This document shows positions 36,741-47,890 of a DNA stretch of 64,000 bases, piece after piece. This stretch comes from Isurus oxyrinchus (taxonomy: Eukaryota). The stretch spans positions 496,001 through 560,000 of the forward strand of contig JANJGN010000385.1 of the NCBI GenBank assembly GCA_026770705.1. The letters run 5' to 3'. Position 1 is the first letter of the stretch; every line of letters starts with the position of its first letter. The notes beneath the pieces are model-generated. The model made no database searches, was not told the DNA's origin, and saw nothing but the letters and a program-made list of their open reading frames with translations. Both the position numbers and the translations under genes were made by a program.

Positions 36741-38915
36741 TCCTCTCTATCCCTGTAATCTTCTCGTCCTCCTCCAGTACCTACAACCATCCCATTCTCT
36801 GTAACCTCTTGAAGTATCTACCGCTTCCCTATATCTGTAAATTCATCCTGCCCAACAAACCTACCAATCTCTGCAACCTCCTCCAGCCACTACAAACCTC
36901 CCTATTTCTGTAACTTCCTCCTGCCCCTAAAAGCTTCCCTATCTCTGTAGCCTGCTCCAGTCCCGACAACTTTCCCTGCCCCTGTAACCTGCCCCAGTCA
37001 CTACAACCCTCCCGACCTCTGCAAACTCCTCCAGACTCTACACTCCCCAATCTCTCTTAACTTTTCCAGCCCCTAAAAACCTCCCTATCACTATAACTCC
37101 TCCAATCACTACAAACCTCGCTATCTCTGTAACCTCCTCCAGCCCCTACAACCCTCCCTATCTCTGTAACCTCCTCCAGACCCACCAACCTTCAGAGGTC
37201 TCTGCGCTCCTCCAATTCCAGCCTCTTGACCATCCCCCGATCTCAACACTCTAACATTGGTGGCCATGCCTTCAGCTGCCTGGGGACCGAGCTCCGTAAT
37301 ACCCTCCCTTAAGCCCTCTCCATCCCTCACACTCACTCTCTCTCTCTCACTAACCATTTCATCCCTCTTTTAAGTTTCTCCATAACACCGATCCCTTCTG
37401 GTCAGCTGTCGCTAATATCTCCACATGTGTCTGGGTGACATACTTTGTTTTATGACGCTCCTGTGTAGCACCTTGGGGTGATTTGTCATGTTCAAGTTGT
37501 TGTGAAAATATAAGTTGTTGCCCTTTGACCCTCGACCCCAGATTGAGTCTTATTTTTGAGGGAATGTACAACCTGCTTAGATTTCTGACCAAAGTGTCAT
37601 TTGATTATTTTTATTGAGCGAATGCCAAGCCCCGATACCGAGCGAGAGCCTCCTCATTTGCTGAGTTCAAGGTGATGAGTCAGCCCCTTAGTCCGTAGAG
37701 GGGATTCTCCTCGGTAATGTGCAGCCTTGTTTGTGTCTCTCCACAAGCGCATGAGGGATTTGTACAGAGGCTGCAGCGCTGGAGGGGGTCTGCACAGGGG
37801 TCCTGGCCTGTCCTGAGCTGGTTTTAGCAAGGACCACTCTGGCCTTGGCAGCTGAAAGCCAGCCATTGGACAGACAGGGCCTGTCACATGGAGCCTGTTA
37901 GTCACTCCCCCCCGTGTCTCCTGTGCTCGGATCCAGACCATGTTGGCTGGTGGATCTGGCTCAGGAAGGGTCCTCCCCATGGGACCCCCAGATGGAAGGT
38001 GGGTCGAGCGGGTCAGTCACTTGCATGTTTATTCTGCAGCTTTAATATTTTAAGAAGGTAAGAATGTAGGAACATAAGAAATAGGGACAGGAGCAGGCCA
38101 TTCGGCCCCTCCAGCCTGCCCTCGCTGATCTGGTTGTGGCCTTAACTCCATTTTCCTGCCTGTCCCCCAAACCCTTGACTCCCTTGTCGATCAAAAACCT
38201 GCCTCACTCAGCCTTGAGTCTATTCAATGGCCCAGCCTCCACTGCTCTCTGGGGAAGAGAATTCCACAGGCTAGCGCCCCTCTGAGAGAGGAAATTCCTC
38301 CTCATCTCAGTCTTAAATGGGAGAGTCCTCATTCCGAAACTGTGCTCCCTGGTTCTAGATTCCCCCACGAGGGGGAAACATCCTCCCAGCATCCACCCTG
38401 TCAAGCCCCCTCGGAATTGGATATGTTTCAATAAGGTCACCCCTCATTCTTCTAAACTCCAATGGATACAGGCCCAACCTGCTCAACATTTCCTCACAGG
38501 ACAAACCCTTTAATCCCAGGAATCAGCCCAGTGAAGCTTCTCTGAACTGCCTGTACACAATGATCCTGTTACAATCTCACTAACGCCCTGTGCAGCTGTT
38601 GCAAGACTTCCCTCCTTTTATACTCCATCCCTTTGCAATAAAGGCCAACATTCCACTTGCCTTCCTCATTCCGTGGTGTTCCTGAATGCTGACTTTCTGT
38701 GATTCATGTACAAGGACACCCAGATCCCTCTGTACTGCATTCTGCAGCCTGTCTCCATTTAAATAATATCCTGTTTTTCTATTCTTCCTGCCAAAATAAT
38801 TTGTTGCCATTCTCCTCAGTATTGACCATCCCCCCAATTCAGCCTCATCTGTAAATTTTGAGTCTAGTGGATCCACAAACCATCCAGAGATAAATATTGA
38901 GATTTCTCTCCCCAG

Positions 38916-39284
38916 TTGGACTGTCACAAGAGTGGAAAGGTGACACTCCACGAGAGGTGACAGCTCAGGAAGGTTCGTGTGTACAGATTCCATGTCATTA
39001 CAGTTATCCATCGTGTCTGGAAAACCAACCGCGAGGTGGAGTCTGGTTTAATAATGAGAAACAGATTCCCTGGGCTCCCATTGCCTTTCACTCCAAGGAT
39101 CACAGTCACGAGTTACCACGGTTCCGCCATCGGACCCGGCTGTCTGGAGACCTGAAAGATGGCGACTGTTCCCTGATTATAAACAACATCTGACGGGAAG
39201 ATGCAGGACCTTATTTTTTCAGAATAGAATTTGACAATGGTCCGAGCCATAACTATTACCCTGTAACCCAGCTTCACGTTTCTG
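38916..39284 (+). pseudogene. Unit D V-set exon V2 with nonsense codon
   Basis: 369 nt, nearly identical to V3, but AGA became TGA at 39191-39193. Confidence 0.85.
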
Positions 39285-41220
39285 GTAAGTGCTGTGTTAT
39301 AATTACTCAACAATTCACATTCAACACTCAATGGGAATTAACACAAACTGTGACGTTTACATATTAACACAAAACACAGTTTATTATAACACACTGTCTG
39401 ATTCTCAATAACCTGGTGATAGCTTCCAGTTCAGTCCTAAAGCAATGTCTAATACTCACTTTAATATCAATGATTAAATGTGTTGACTGTGTCTATCAAT
39501 GTTATCAGTTTATCCACTCCCATCAATCTCTCAAATCCTGTCTTGAAGTCTGACATATCGACAGAAGAAAGATTTACATTTCTACAGCGCCTTTCACCAC
39601 CCTAGACTTCCCACCCTAAACCTCTCCCTCTCCCTCTTCCTCTCCCTCTCTCTCTCTCTCTCTCTGTCTCTTTCTCTCTGTCTCTCCATAACACCGACCT
39701 CTTCTGGTCAGCTGTCGCTAATATCTACACGTGTCTGGGTGACATACTTTGTTTTATGACGCTCCTGTGTAGCACCTTGAGGTGATTTGTCATGTTAAAG
39801 TTGTTGTGAAAATATAAGTTGTTGCCCTTTGACTCTCGACCCCAGATCGAGTCTTATTTTTGAGGGAATGTACAACCTCCTTAGATTTCTGACCAAAATG
39901 TCATTTGATTATTTTTATTGAGCGAATGCCAAGCCCCGATACCGAGCGAGAGCCTCCTCATTTGCCGAGTTTAGGGTGATGAGTCAGCCCCTTAGTCTGT
40001 AGAGGGGATTCTCCTCGGTAATGTGCAGCCTTGTTTGTGTCTCTCCACAAGCGCATGAGGGGTTTGTACAGAGGCTGCAGCGCTGGAGGGGGTCTGCACA
40101 GGGGTCCTGGCCTGTCCTGAGCCAGTTTTAGCAAGGACAACTCTGGCCTTGGCAGCTGAAAGCCAGCCATTGGACAGACGGGGCCTGTCACAAGGAGCCT
40201 GTTAGTCACTCCCCCCCCGTGTCTCCTGTGCTCGGATCCAGACCATGTTGGCTGGTGGATCTGGCTCAGGAAGGGTCCTCCCCATGGGACCCCCAGATGG
40301 AAGGTGGGTCGAGCGGGTCAGTCACTTGCATGTTTATTCTGCAGCTTTAATATTTTAAGAAGGTAAGAATGTAGGAACATAAGAAATAGGGACAGGAGCA
40401 GGCCATTCGGCCCCTCCAGCCTGCTCTCACTGATCTGGTTGTGGCCTTAACTCCATTTTCCTGCCTGTCCCCCAAACCCTTGACTCTCTTGTCGATCAAA
40501 AACCTGCCTCACTCAGCCTTGAGTCTATTCAATGGCCCAGCCTCCACTGCTCTCTGGGGAAGAGAATTCCACAGGCTAGCGCCCCTCTGAGAGAGGAAAT
40601 TCCTCCTCATCTCAGTCTTAAATGGGAGAGCCCTCATTCTGAAACTGTGCTCCCTGGTTCTAGATTCCCCCACGAGGGGGAAACATCCTCCCAGCATCCA
40701 CCCTGTCAAGCCCCCTCGGAATTGGATATGTTTCAATAAGGTCACCCCTCATTCTTCTAAACTCCAATGGATACAGGCCCAACCTGCTCAACATTTCCTC
40801 ACAGGACAAACCCTTTAATCCCAGGAATCAGCCCAGTGAAGCTTCTCTGAACTGCCTGTACACAATGATCCTGTTACAATCTCACTAACGCCCTGTGCAG
40901 CTGTTGCAAGACTTCCCTCCTTTTATACTCCATCCCTTTGCAATAAAGGCCAACATTCCACTTGCCTTCCTCATTCCGTGGTGTTCCTGAATGCTGACTT
41001 TCTGTGATTCATGTACAAGGACACCCAGATCCCTCTGTACTGCATTCTGCAGCCTGTCTCCATTTAAATAATATCCTGTTTTTCTATTCTTCCTGCCAAA
41101 ATAATTTGTTGCCATTCTCCTCAGTATTGACCATCCCCCCAATTCAGCCTCATCTGTAAATTTTGAGTCTAGTGGATCCACAAACCATCCAGAGATAAAT
41201 ATTGAGATTTCTCTCCCCAG

Positions 41221-41589
41221 TTGGACTGTCACAAGAGTGGAAAGGTGACACTCCACGAGAGGTGACAGCTCAGGAAGGTTCGTGTGTACAGATTCCATGT
41301 CATTACAGTTATCCATCGTGTCTGGAAAACCAACCGCGAGGTGGAGTCTGGTTTAATAATGAGAAACAGATTCCCTGGGCTCCCATTGCCTTTCACTCCA
41401 AGGATCACAGTCACGAGTTACCACGGTTCCACCATCGGACCCGGCTGTCTGGAGACCTGAAAGATGGCGACTGTTCCCTGATTATAAACAACATCAGACG
41501 GGAAGATGCAGGACCTTATTTTTTCAGAATAGAATTTGACAATGGTCCGAGCCATAACTATTACCCTGTAACCCAGCTTCACGTTTCTG
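41221..41589 (+). CDS. Unit D V-set exon V3
   Basis: 369 nt, open, AG/GT intact, YFFRIE Arg retained. Confidence 0.88.
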
Positions 41590-43520
41590 GTAAGTGCTGT
41601 GTTATAATTACTCAACAATTCACATTCAACACTCAATGGGAATTAACACAAACTGTGACGTTTACATATTAACACAAAACACAGTTTATTATAACACACT
41701 GTCTGATTCTCAATAACCTGGTGATAGCTTCCAGTTCAGTCCTAAAGCAATGTCTAATACTCACTTTAATATCAATGATTAAATGTGTTGACTGTGTCTA
41801 TCAATGTTATCAGTTTATCCACTCCCATCAATCTCTCAAATCCTGTCTTGAAGTCTGACATATCGACAGAAGAAAGATTTACATTTCTACAGCGCCTTTC
41901 ACCACCCTAGAGTTCCTACCCTAAATCTCTCCCTCTCCCTCTTCCTCTCCCTCTCTCTCTCTCTCTGTCTCTTTCTCTCTGTCTCTCCATAACACCGACC
42001 TCTTCTGGTCAGCTGTCGCTAATATCTACACGTGTCTGGGTGACATACTTTGTTTTATGACGCTCCTGTGTAGCACCTTGAGGTGATTTGTCATGTTAAA
42101 GTTGTTGTGAAAATATAAGTTGTTGCCCTTTGACTCTCGACCCCAGATCGAGTCTTATTTTTGAGGGAATGTACAACCTCCTTAGATTTCTGACCAAAAT
42201 GTCATTTGATTATTTTTATTGAGCGAATGCCAAGCCCCGATACCGAGCGAGAGCCTCCTCATTTGCCGAGTTTAGGGTGATGAGTCAGCCCCTTAGTCTG
42301 TAGAGGGGATTCTCCTCGGTAATGAGCAGCCTTGTTTGTGTCTCTCCACAAGCGCATGAGGGGTTTGTACAGAGGCTGCAGCGCTGGAGGGGGTCTGCAC
42401 AGGGGTCCTGGCCTGTCCTGAGCCAGTTTTAGCAAGGACTACTCTGGCCTTGGCAGCTGAAAGCCAGCCATTGGACAGACGGGGCCTGTCACAAGGAGCC
42501 TGTTAGTCACTCCCCCCCGTGTCTCCTGTGCTCGGATCCAGACCATGTTGGCTGGTGGATCTGGCTCAGGAAGGGTCCTCCCCATGGGACCCCCAGATGG
42601 AAGGTGGGTCGAGCGGGTCAGTCACTTGCATGTTTTTTCTGCAGCTTTAATATTTTAAGAAGGTAAGAATGTAGGAACATAAGAAATAGGGACAGGAGCA
42701 GGCCATTCGGCCCCTCCAGCCTGCTCTCACTGATCTGGTTGTGGCCTTAACTCCATTTTCCTGCCTGTCCCCCAAACCCTTGACTCTCTTGTCGATCAAA
42801 AACCTGCCTCACTCAGCCTTGAGTCTATTCAATGGCCCAGCCTCCACTGCTCTCTGGGGAAGAGAATTCCACAGGCTAGCGCCCCTCTGAGAGAGGAAAT
42901 TCCTCCTCATCTCAGTCTTAAATGGGAGAGCCCTCATTCTGAAACTGTGCTCCCTGGTTCTAGATTCCCCCACGAGGGGGAAACATCCTCCCAGCATCCA
43001 CCCTGTCAAGCCCCCTCGGAATCGGATATGTTTCAATAAGGTCACCCCTCATTCTTCTAAACTCCAATGGATACAGGCCCAACCTGCTCAACATTTCCTC
43101 ACAGGACAAACCCTTTAATCCCAGGAATCAGCCCAGTGAAGCTTCTCTGAACTGCCTGTACACAATGATCCTGTTACAATCTCACTAACGCCCTGTGCAG
43201 CTGTTGCAAGACTTCCCTCCTTTTATACTCCATCCCTTTGCAATAAAGGCCAACATTCCACTTGCCTTCCTCATTCCGTGTTGTTCCTGAATGCTGACTT
43301 TCTGTGATTCATGTACCAGGACACCCAGATCCCTCTGTACTGCATACTGCAGCCTGTCACCATTTAAATTATATCCTGTTTTTCTATTCTTCCTGACAAT
43401 ATAATTTATTGCCATTCTCCTCAGTATTGACCATCCCCCCAATTCAGCCTCATCTGTAAATATCGGGTTCAGTGGATCCACAAACCATTCAGAGTTAAAT
43501 ATTGAGATTTCTCTCCCCAG

Positions 43521-43886
43521 CTGAACCCTCACAAGAGTGGAAAGGTGACACTCCACGAGAGGTGACAGTGCAGGAAGGTTCCTGTGTACAGATTCCATGT
43601 CATTATAGTTATCCATCATGTCTGGAAAACCAACCGCGACGTGGAGTCTGGCTTAATAATGAGGAATGGAGAACATCGTCTATAGCCTTTCACTCCAAGG
43701 ATCACAGTCACGAGTTACCACGGTTCCACCATCGGACCCGGCTGTCTGGAGACCTGAAAGATGGCGACTGTTCCCTGATTATAAACAACATCACATGGGA
43801 AGATGCAGGACCTTATTTTTTCAGAATAGAATTTGACAATGGTCCGAGCCATAACTATTACCCTGTAACCCAGGTTCACGTTTCTG
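43521..43886 (+). CDS. Unit D V-set exon V4
   Basis: 366 nt, open, AG/GT intact, Arg retained, distinct C-C' loop WLNNEEWRTSS. Confidence 0.88.
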
Positions 43887-44614
43887 GTAAGTGCTGTGTT
43901 ATAATTACTCAACAATTCACATTCAACACTCAATGGGAAACAACACAAACTGTGACGTTTACATATTAACACAAAACACAGCTTATTATAACACACTGTC
44001 TGATTCTCAATAACCTGGTGATAGCTTCCAGTTCACTCCTAAAGCAACCTCTTATACTCACTTTAATATCAATGATTAAATGTATTGACTGTGTCCATCA
44101 ATGTTATCAGGTTATCCACTCCCATCGATCTCTCTAATCCTGTCTCGAAGTCTGACTTAGCGACAGAAGAAAGATTCACATTTCTGTAGCACTTTTCACC
44201 ACCTCAGCATGGACCAAATCACTTCACAGCCAATGAGCTGATTCCTGAATTTTAGTTACTATTGTAATGTGGGAAACACAGCAACCAATTTGCGCACAGC
44301 AAGCTCCCACAAATTGCAAAGTAAAAAATGGCCTAGATCGCTGAGGGACTGATGGGTTAGTGCACTCCAAACTCTGGTCTGCTCCACCACCCTCACCCAC
44401 TATTATCAGTTCAAGTGTCTCGGAGTGAACGTGTATTAAGCTGAGAGACAGAAACACCAAAGTCTCAAAGCAGGAAATTCTCTCCTAATCATTGTAACCT
44501 CTCAGATCTGATATCATCCTTGTAAAAGTGCTTTTTCTTGTGGGACTGTGATTTCTATTTGAACTGATGCTTCACGTTATATTTCTCTAAAAGGATCCAT
44601 TCTCTGTCTGTTAG

Positions 44615-44911
44615 ATTTCACAGATAAACCCATGATATTCCCTGCTGAAATTATTGCAGGAAAGCGTGTGGATGTAAGCTGCACCTTCAACACAACGTGC
44701 AATGGAACAGCAGCACCTGTCTTAACCTGGGACACTCCCACTGACGTACCTGTATCAGTCTCAAACACTGTAACTCAGCATGGTGTCACTCTGACCTATA
44801 CTTCTGTTCTGACCCTGATCCCATCACTCAAACACCACAGACACAATCTCAGCTGCAGAGTGAGATATCCATCTGTTTCATCGGAGCGGACCCTCGTACT
44901 AACTATGCAAG
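44615..44911 (+). CDS. Unit D C2-set exon
   Basis: 297 nt, phase 1/1, ttAG...G|GTAAGT, with the Siglec domain-2 extra Cys (CTFNTTC). Confidence 0.9.
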
Positions 44912-45232
44912 GTAAGTACGGACACCCTTCATTCTACATCAGCACTCCCTCAGCGCTGACCCTCTGACAGTGCAGCCCGTTCTCAGTGTCCACATTCTCA
45001 TGCCTCTCAAAGTGCTTCACAGTCGATAGAAGTTAACTGATCTTTATTTGATTGTTGCTGAATGAAGAGACAAGCTGTCTAAACTTTGCATCTCACACAC
45101 ATTATTTTCCATGGCAACACCTCCTCCAATCAGAGACCACTTGCTGATTAACCAGCACTCTCTTCCCTTTAAATATAAATTGTTGTTCACTTTCTGTTGG
45201 TAAACCTGCAATCTGTCTTGTTGAGTCCAGTC

Positions 45233-45387
45233 CTGACATCTGAATATCACAATGAACAGAACAAGTTCCAACAATGAGCTGTGGTTGGTGATTCCTCACG
45301 TTACATCCAGGGACACTGGAGACTATCAGTGTGCTCAGAGAATGAACATGGAGCAGTGGAGGGGTTCATAACCATCACTGTGGAACG
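45233..45387 (+). pseudogene. Unit D third Ig exon remnant
   Basis: 3' half of the unit A Ig3 exon. The acceptor and 5' half are replaced by ~180 bp of foreign sequence (45051-45232), and there is a 1-nt deletion near YQC. Confidence 0.78.
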
Positions 45388-46500
45388 TTAGTTAAGACAA
45401 ACTTCAACATCTCTCTCAGATTGAAACACTACAAAAACACACATAAATATACAGCCTTAAATAGACACCTGCATACACACAATCCCACATCTATGAGCAC
45501 ACACAAAGACACACTCACAAACAAACACACTAGCACATACTCCCCTGTGGATTACCTGACCTCCCTCAGTGCTGCACCGGAGAGTTGACCTGGATTCTGG
45601 GATTTGTGTTCCCTTTCATATTTATGGAAGAATATGGAAATTGCAAAGTCTATTACAGACACTCAGATGCACAGAGATACTCACAGATACTCTCTGCCTC
45701 TCCAACTCTCTATCCTACTTTAAGAACCTTCCTGAAATCTAACTCTTTGACCAGTCACCAGTCCCAATTCCTCCTTACGTGATTTTGTGTGAAATTTTGT
45801 TTGAGTATCTGAGAGTAAGAGGGAAGTGGAGAGGTTTAGGAAGGGAATTCCTGTTGCTGAAAAGCTTACATCAAGTTCTCAGCTTTCCAGTGCCCATTTT
45901 TCACATGATGTCCATGTTCATAATGGGGATTGCCTATGTAAACATCACGCTGTAGTTACACTCTCCCACCAGTGGTAGCACGGTAACACTTAACCCTTGC
46001 ATCTCCAAGTTTTTCAAGCAATTTCACTTCCTAATTTCCTACTATTCACCTCAACCATTCCCTGTGGGAGCGAGTTCCATATTCTCCCCTCTCTCTGGGT
46101 AAAGATTGGAACTGTTTATTAAGCGGGGGGTGTAAGTCCGTGGGGGAGTCCATCCCGATACTGCCCGATTCGCACACACGGCTGAGATGGATTTTCACCC
46201 GGCACTAAAGGTTTCCAGAATTTTCTACAGCACAATCCTGTACACAGCGATGGAGAGAAACATTGGACAGGGAGTCCAACAGCACAATGATCCATTCTCA
46301 CCAATGTTCCACGCTAAGGAGAAAGTTCCGATTGTCCACTCTTAGAGTGTTTACAATGAAAACATTCATTCCACATTGAATCCCAGTGGATGGGTCAATA
46401 TTACAGCAAATGTTGCAGTGATATGAAGCTTGATTGTTCAGCCAGAGTGAGAGATTGAAAGCGGAGAGTCAGTGATGATTTCTTTCTGTGTGTTCTCTAG

Positions 46501-46640
46501 ACAGTGGAGGAGAGATTCTGCACGTGATCCTGATCCTGGGAATACGAGCTGTGATATTCCTTGTGGCTGTGGTTATCACTATCACTGGAGTCTGTGTCTG
46601 GGAGAGACAAACAGTGAAAGGAAGTCGACAGACTGTTTGA
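46501..46640 (+). CDS. Unit D transmembrane/short-tail terminal exon (Arg in TM)
   Basis: ttctctAG| then (D)SGGEILHVILILGIRAVIFLVAVVITITGVCVWERQTVKGSRQTV* (TGA 46638-46640); AATAAA at 47024-47029. Confidence 0.88.
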
Positions 46641-47371
46641 AGCTTTGTACAGCAACAATCTGGTCAGTCAGTGCGGACAAATAACGTGTGATGTTGTGTT
46701 AAGTTGTAATGAAACTGGTCAGTGTCCTGGTTATAATCATCTCCGTATCATCGAGTCATTCCAGCAATGGAGGAGGAATTTGGCCCATTGAGTCTATGCT
46801 GTCTCTCTGTAAAGGAATCCACTCAGTCCCATCCCCTGCTCTATCCCCGTATCCCTGCAAATTTATTTCCAAGTGTCCGTCCAATTTCCTTTTGAAATTG
46901 TTCATCGAATAGGAATGAACAGAAATGTGACGTTGCTAAACTCTGTTCTCTGATTGGAATGTGCTTTCTGAATGCTGCACCTTTTTCATGCTGCGATAGA
47001 TTGTAAGAAGCATTTGGCTTATGAATAAAATTACATTGATTAACTCAAGTGATTAAAATGCTCAGCCTGTTCTGTAGATATTTAAAGATTAAAATTCTTG
47101 TTTTGCTGCAAAATACTTGGCTCAAAGACATAGCTTCCTGTTGTCACGTTTTCCAATCAGATGAATTCCTCTGTCCATCTTTATAATAGAAATTTCCAAT
47201 GTAAACATGTCACATTGTAACTGCACACTCTTGCCAGTGGGTGGTGTGATACCAAAGCTGTCTTGCTGCAGAGAAACAGCGAGAAATATTCCTGTTGTGT
47301 GCATGAACTTCATGTTAGCATGAGACACAGGCATCAGATGAAATTTTGTGCTATTTGTACAATGTTCTTTA

Positions 47372-47890
47372 GACAGTGCAGCACTCCCTCAGATCAGACC
47401 CTCCGACAATGCAGCACTCCCTCAGTTCAAACCCTCTGACAGTGCAGCACTCCCTCAGTTCAGACCCTCCGACTGTGCAGCACTCCCTCAGTTCAAACCC
47501 TCCGACAGTGCAGCACTCCCTCAGTTCAGAACCTCCGACAGTGCAGCACTCCCTCAGTTCAGACCCTCTGACAGTGCAGCACTCTCTCAGTTCAGACCCT
47601 CTGACAGTGCAGCACTTTCTCAGTTCAGACCCTCTGACAGTGGGGCACTCCCTCATTTCAGACCCTCCGACAGTGCAGCACTCCCTCAGTTCAGACCCTC
47701 CGACAGTGCAGCACTCCTTCAGTTCAGACCCTCCGACAGTGCAGCACTCCCTCAGTTCAAACCATCCGACAGTGCAGCACTTCCTCAGTTCAAGCCCTCC
47801 GACAGTGTAGCTCTCCCTCAGTTCATACCCTCCGACAGTGCAGCACTCCCTCAGTACTGAACCTCCGACAGTGCCGCACTACCTCAGTAC
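47372..47890. repeat. 33-bp minisatellite
   Basis: gacagtgcagcactccctcagttcagaccctcc copies 3' of unit D. Confidence 0.92.

Larger units (their letters stand above)
37375..44200 (+). repeat. Triplicated ~2.3-kb segment, each copy carrying a V exon
   Basis: V exon starts at 38916, 41221 and 43521 (periods 2305 and 2300); near-identical flanks including the same CR1 3' fragment. Confidence 0.92.

Noticed and set aside
35138-43886. Rearranging (V(D)J) antigen-receptor V segments
   Set aside because: Each V is a complete exon ending in a GT donor, with Siglec rather than Ig/TCR cysteines; no convincing heptamer-spacer-nonamer or J segments were seen.
1284-46640. Assigning the gene symbols MAG, CD22 or SIGLEC15
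   Set aside because: Domain number and tail do not match MAG or CD22, and orthology to SIGLEC15 cannot be shown without a phylogeny.
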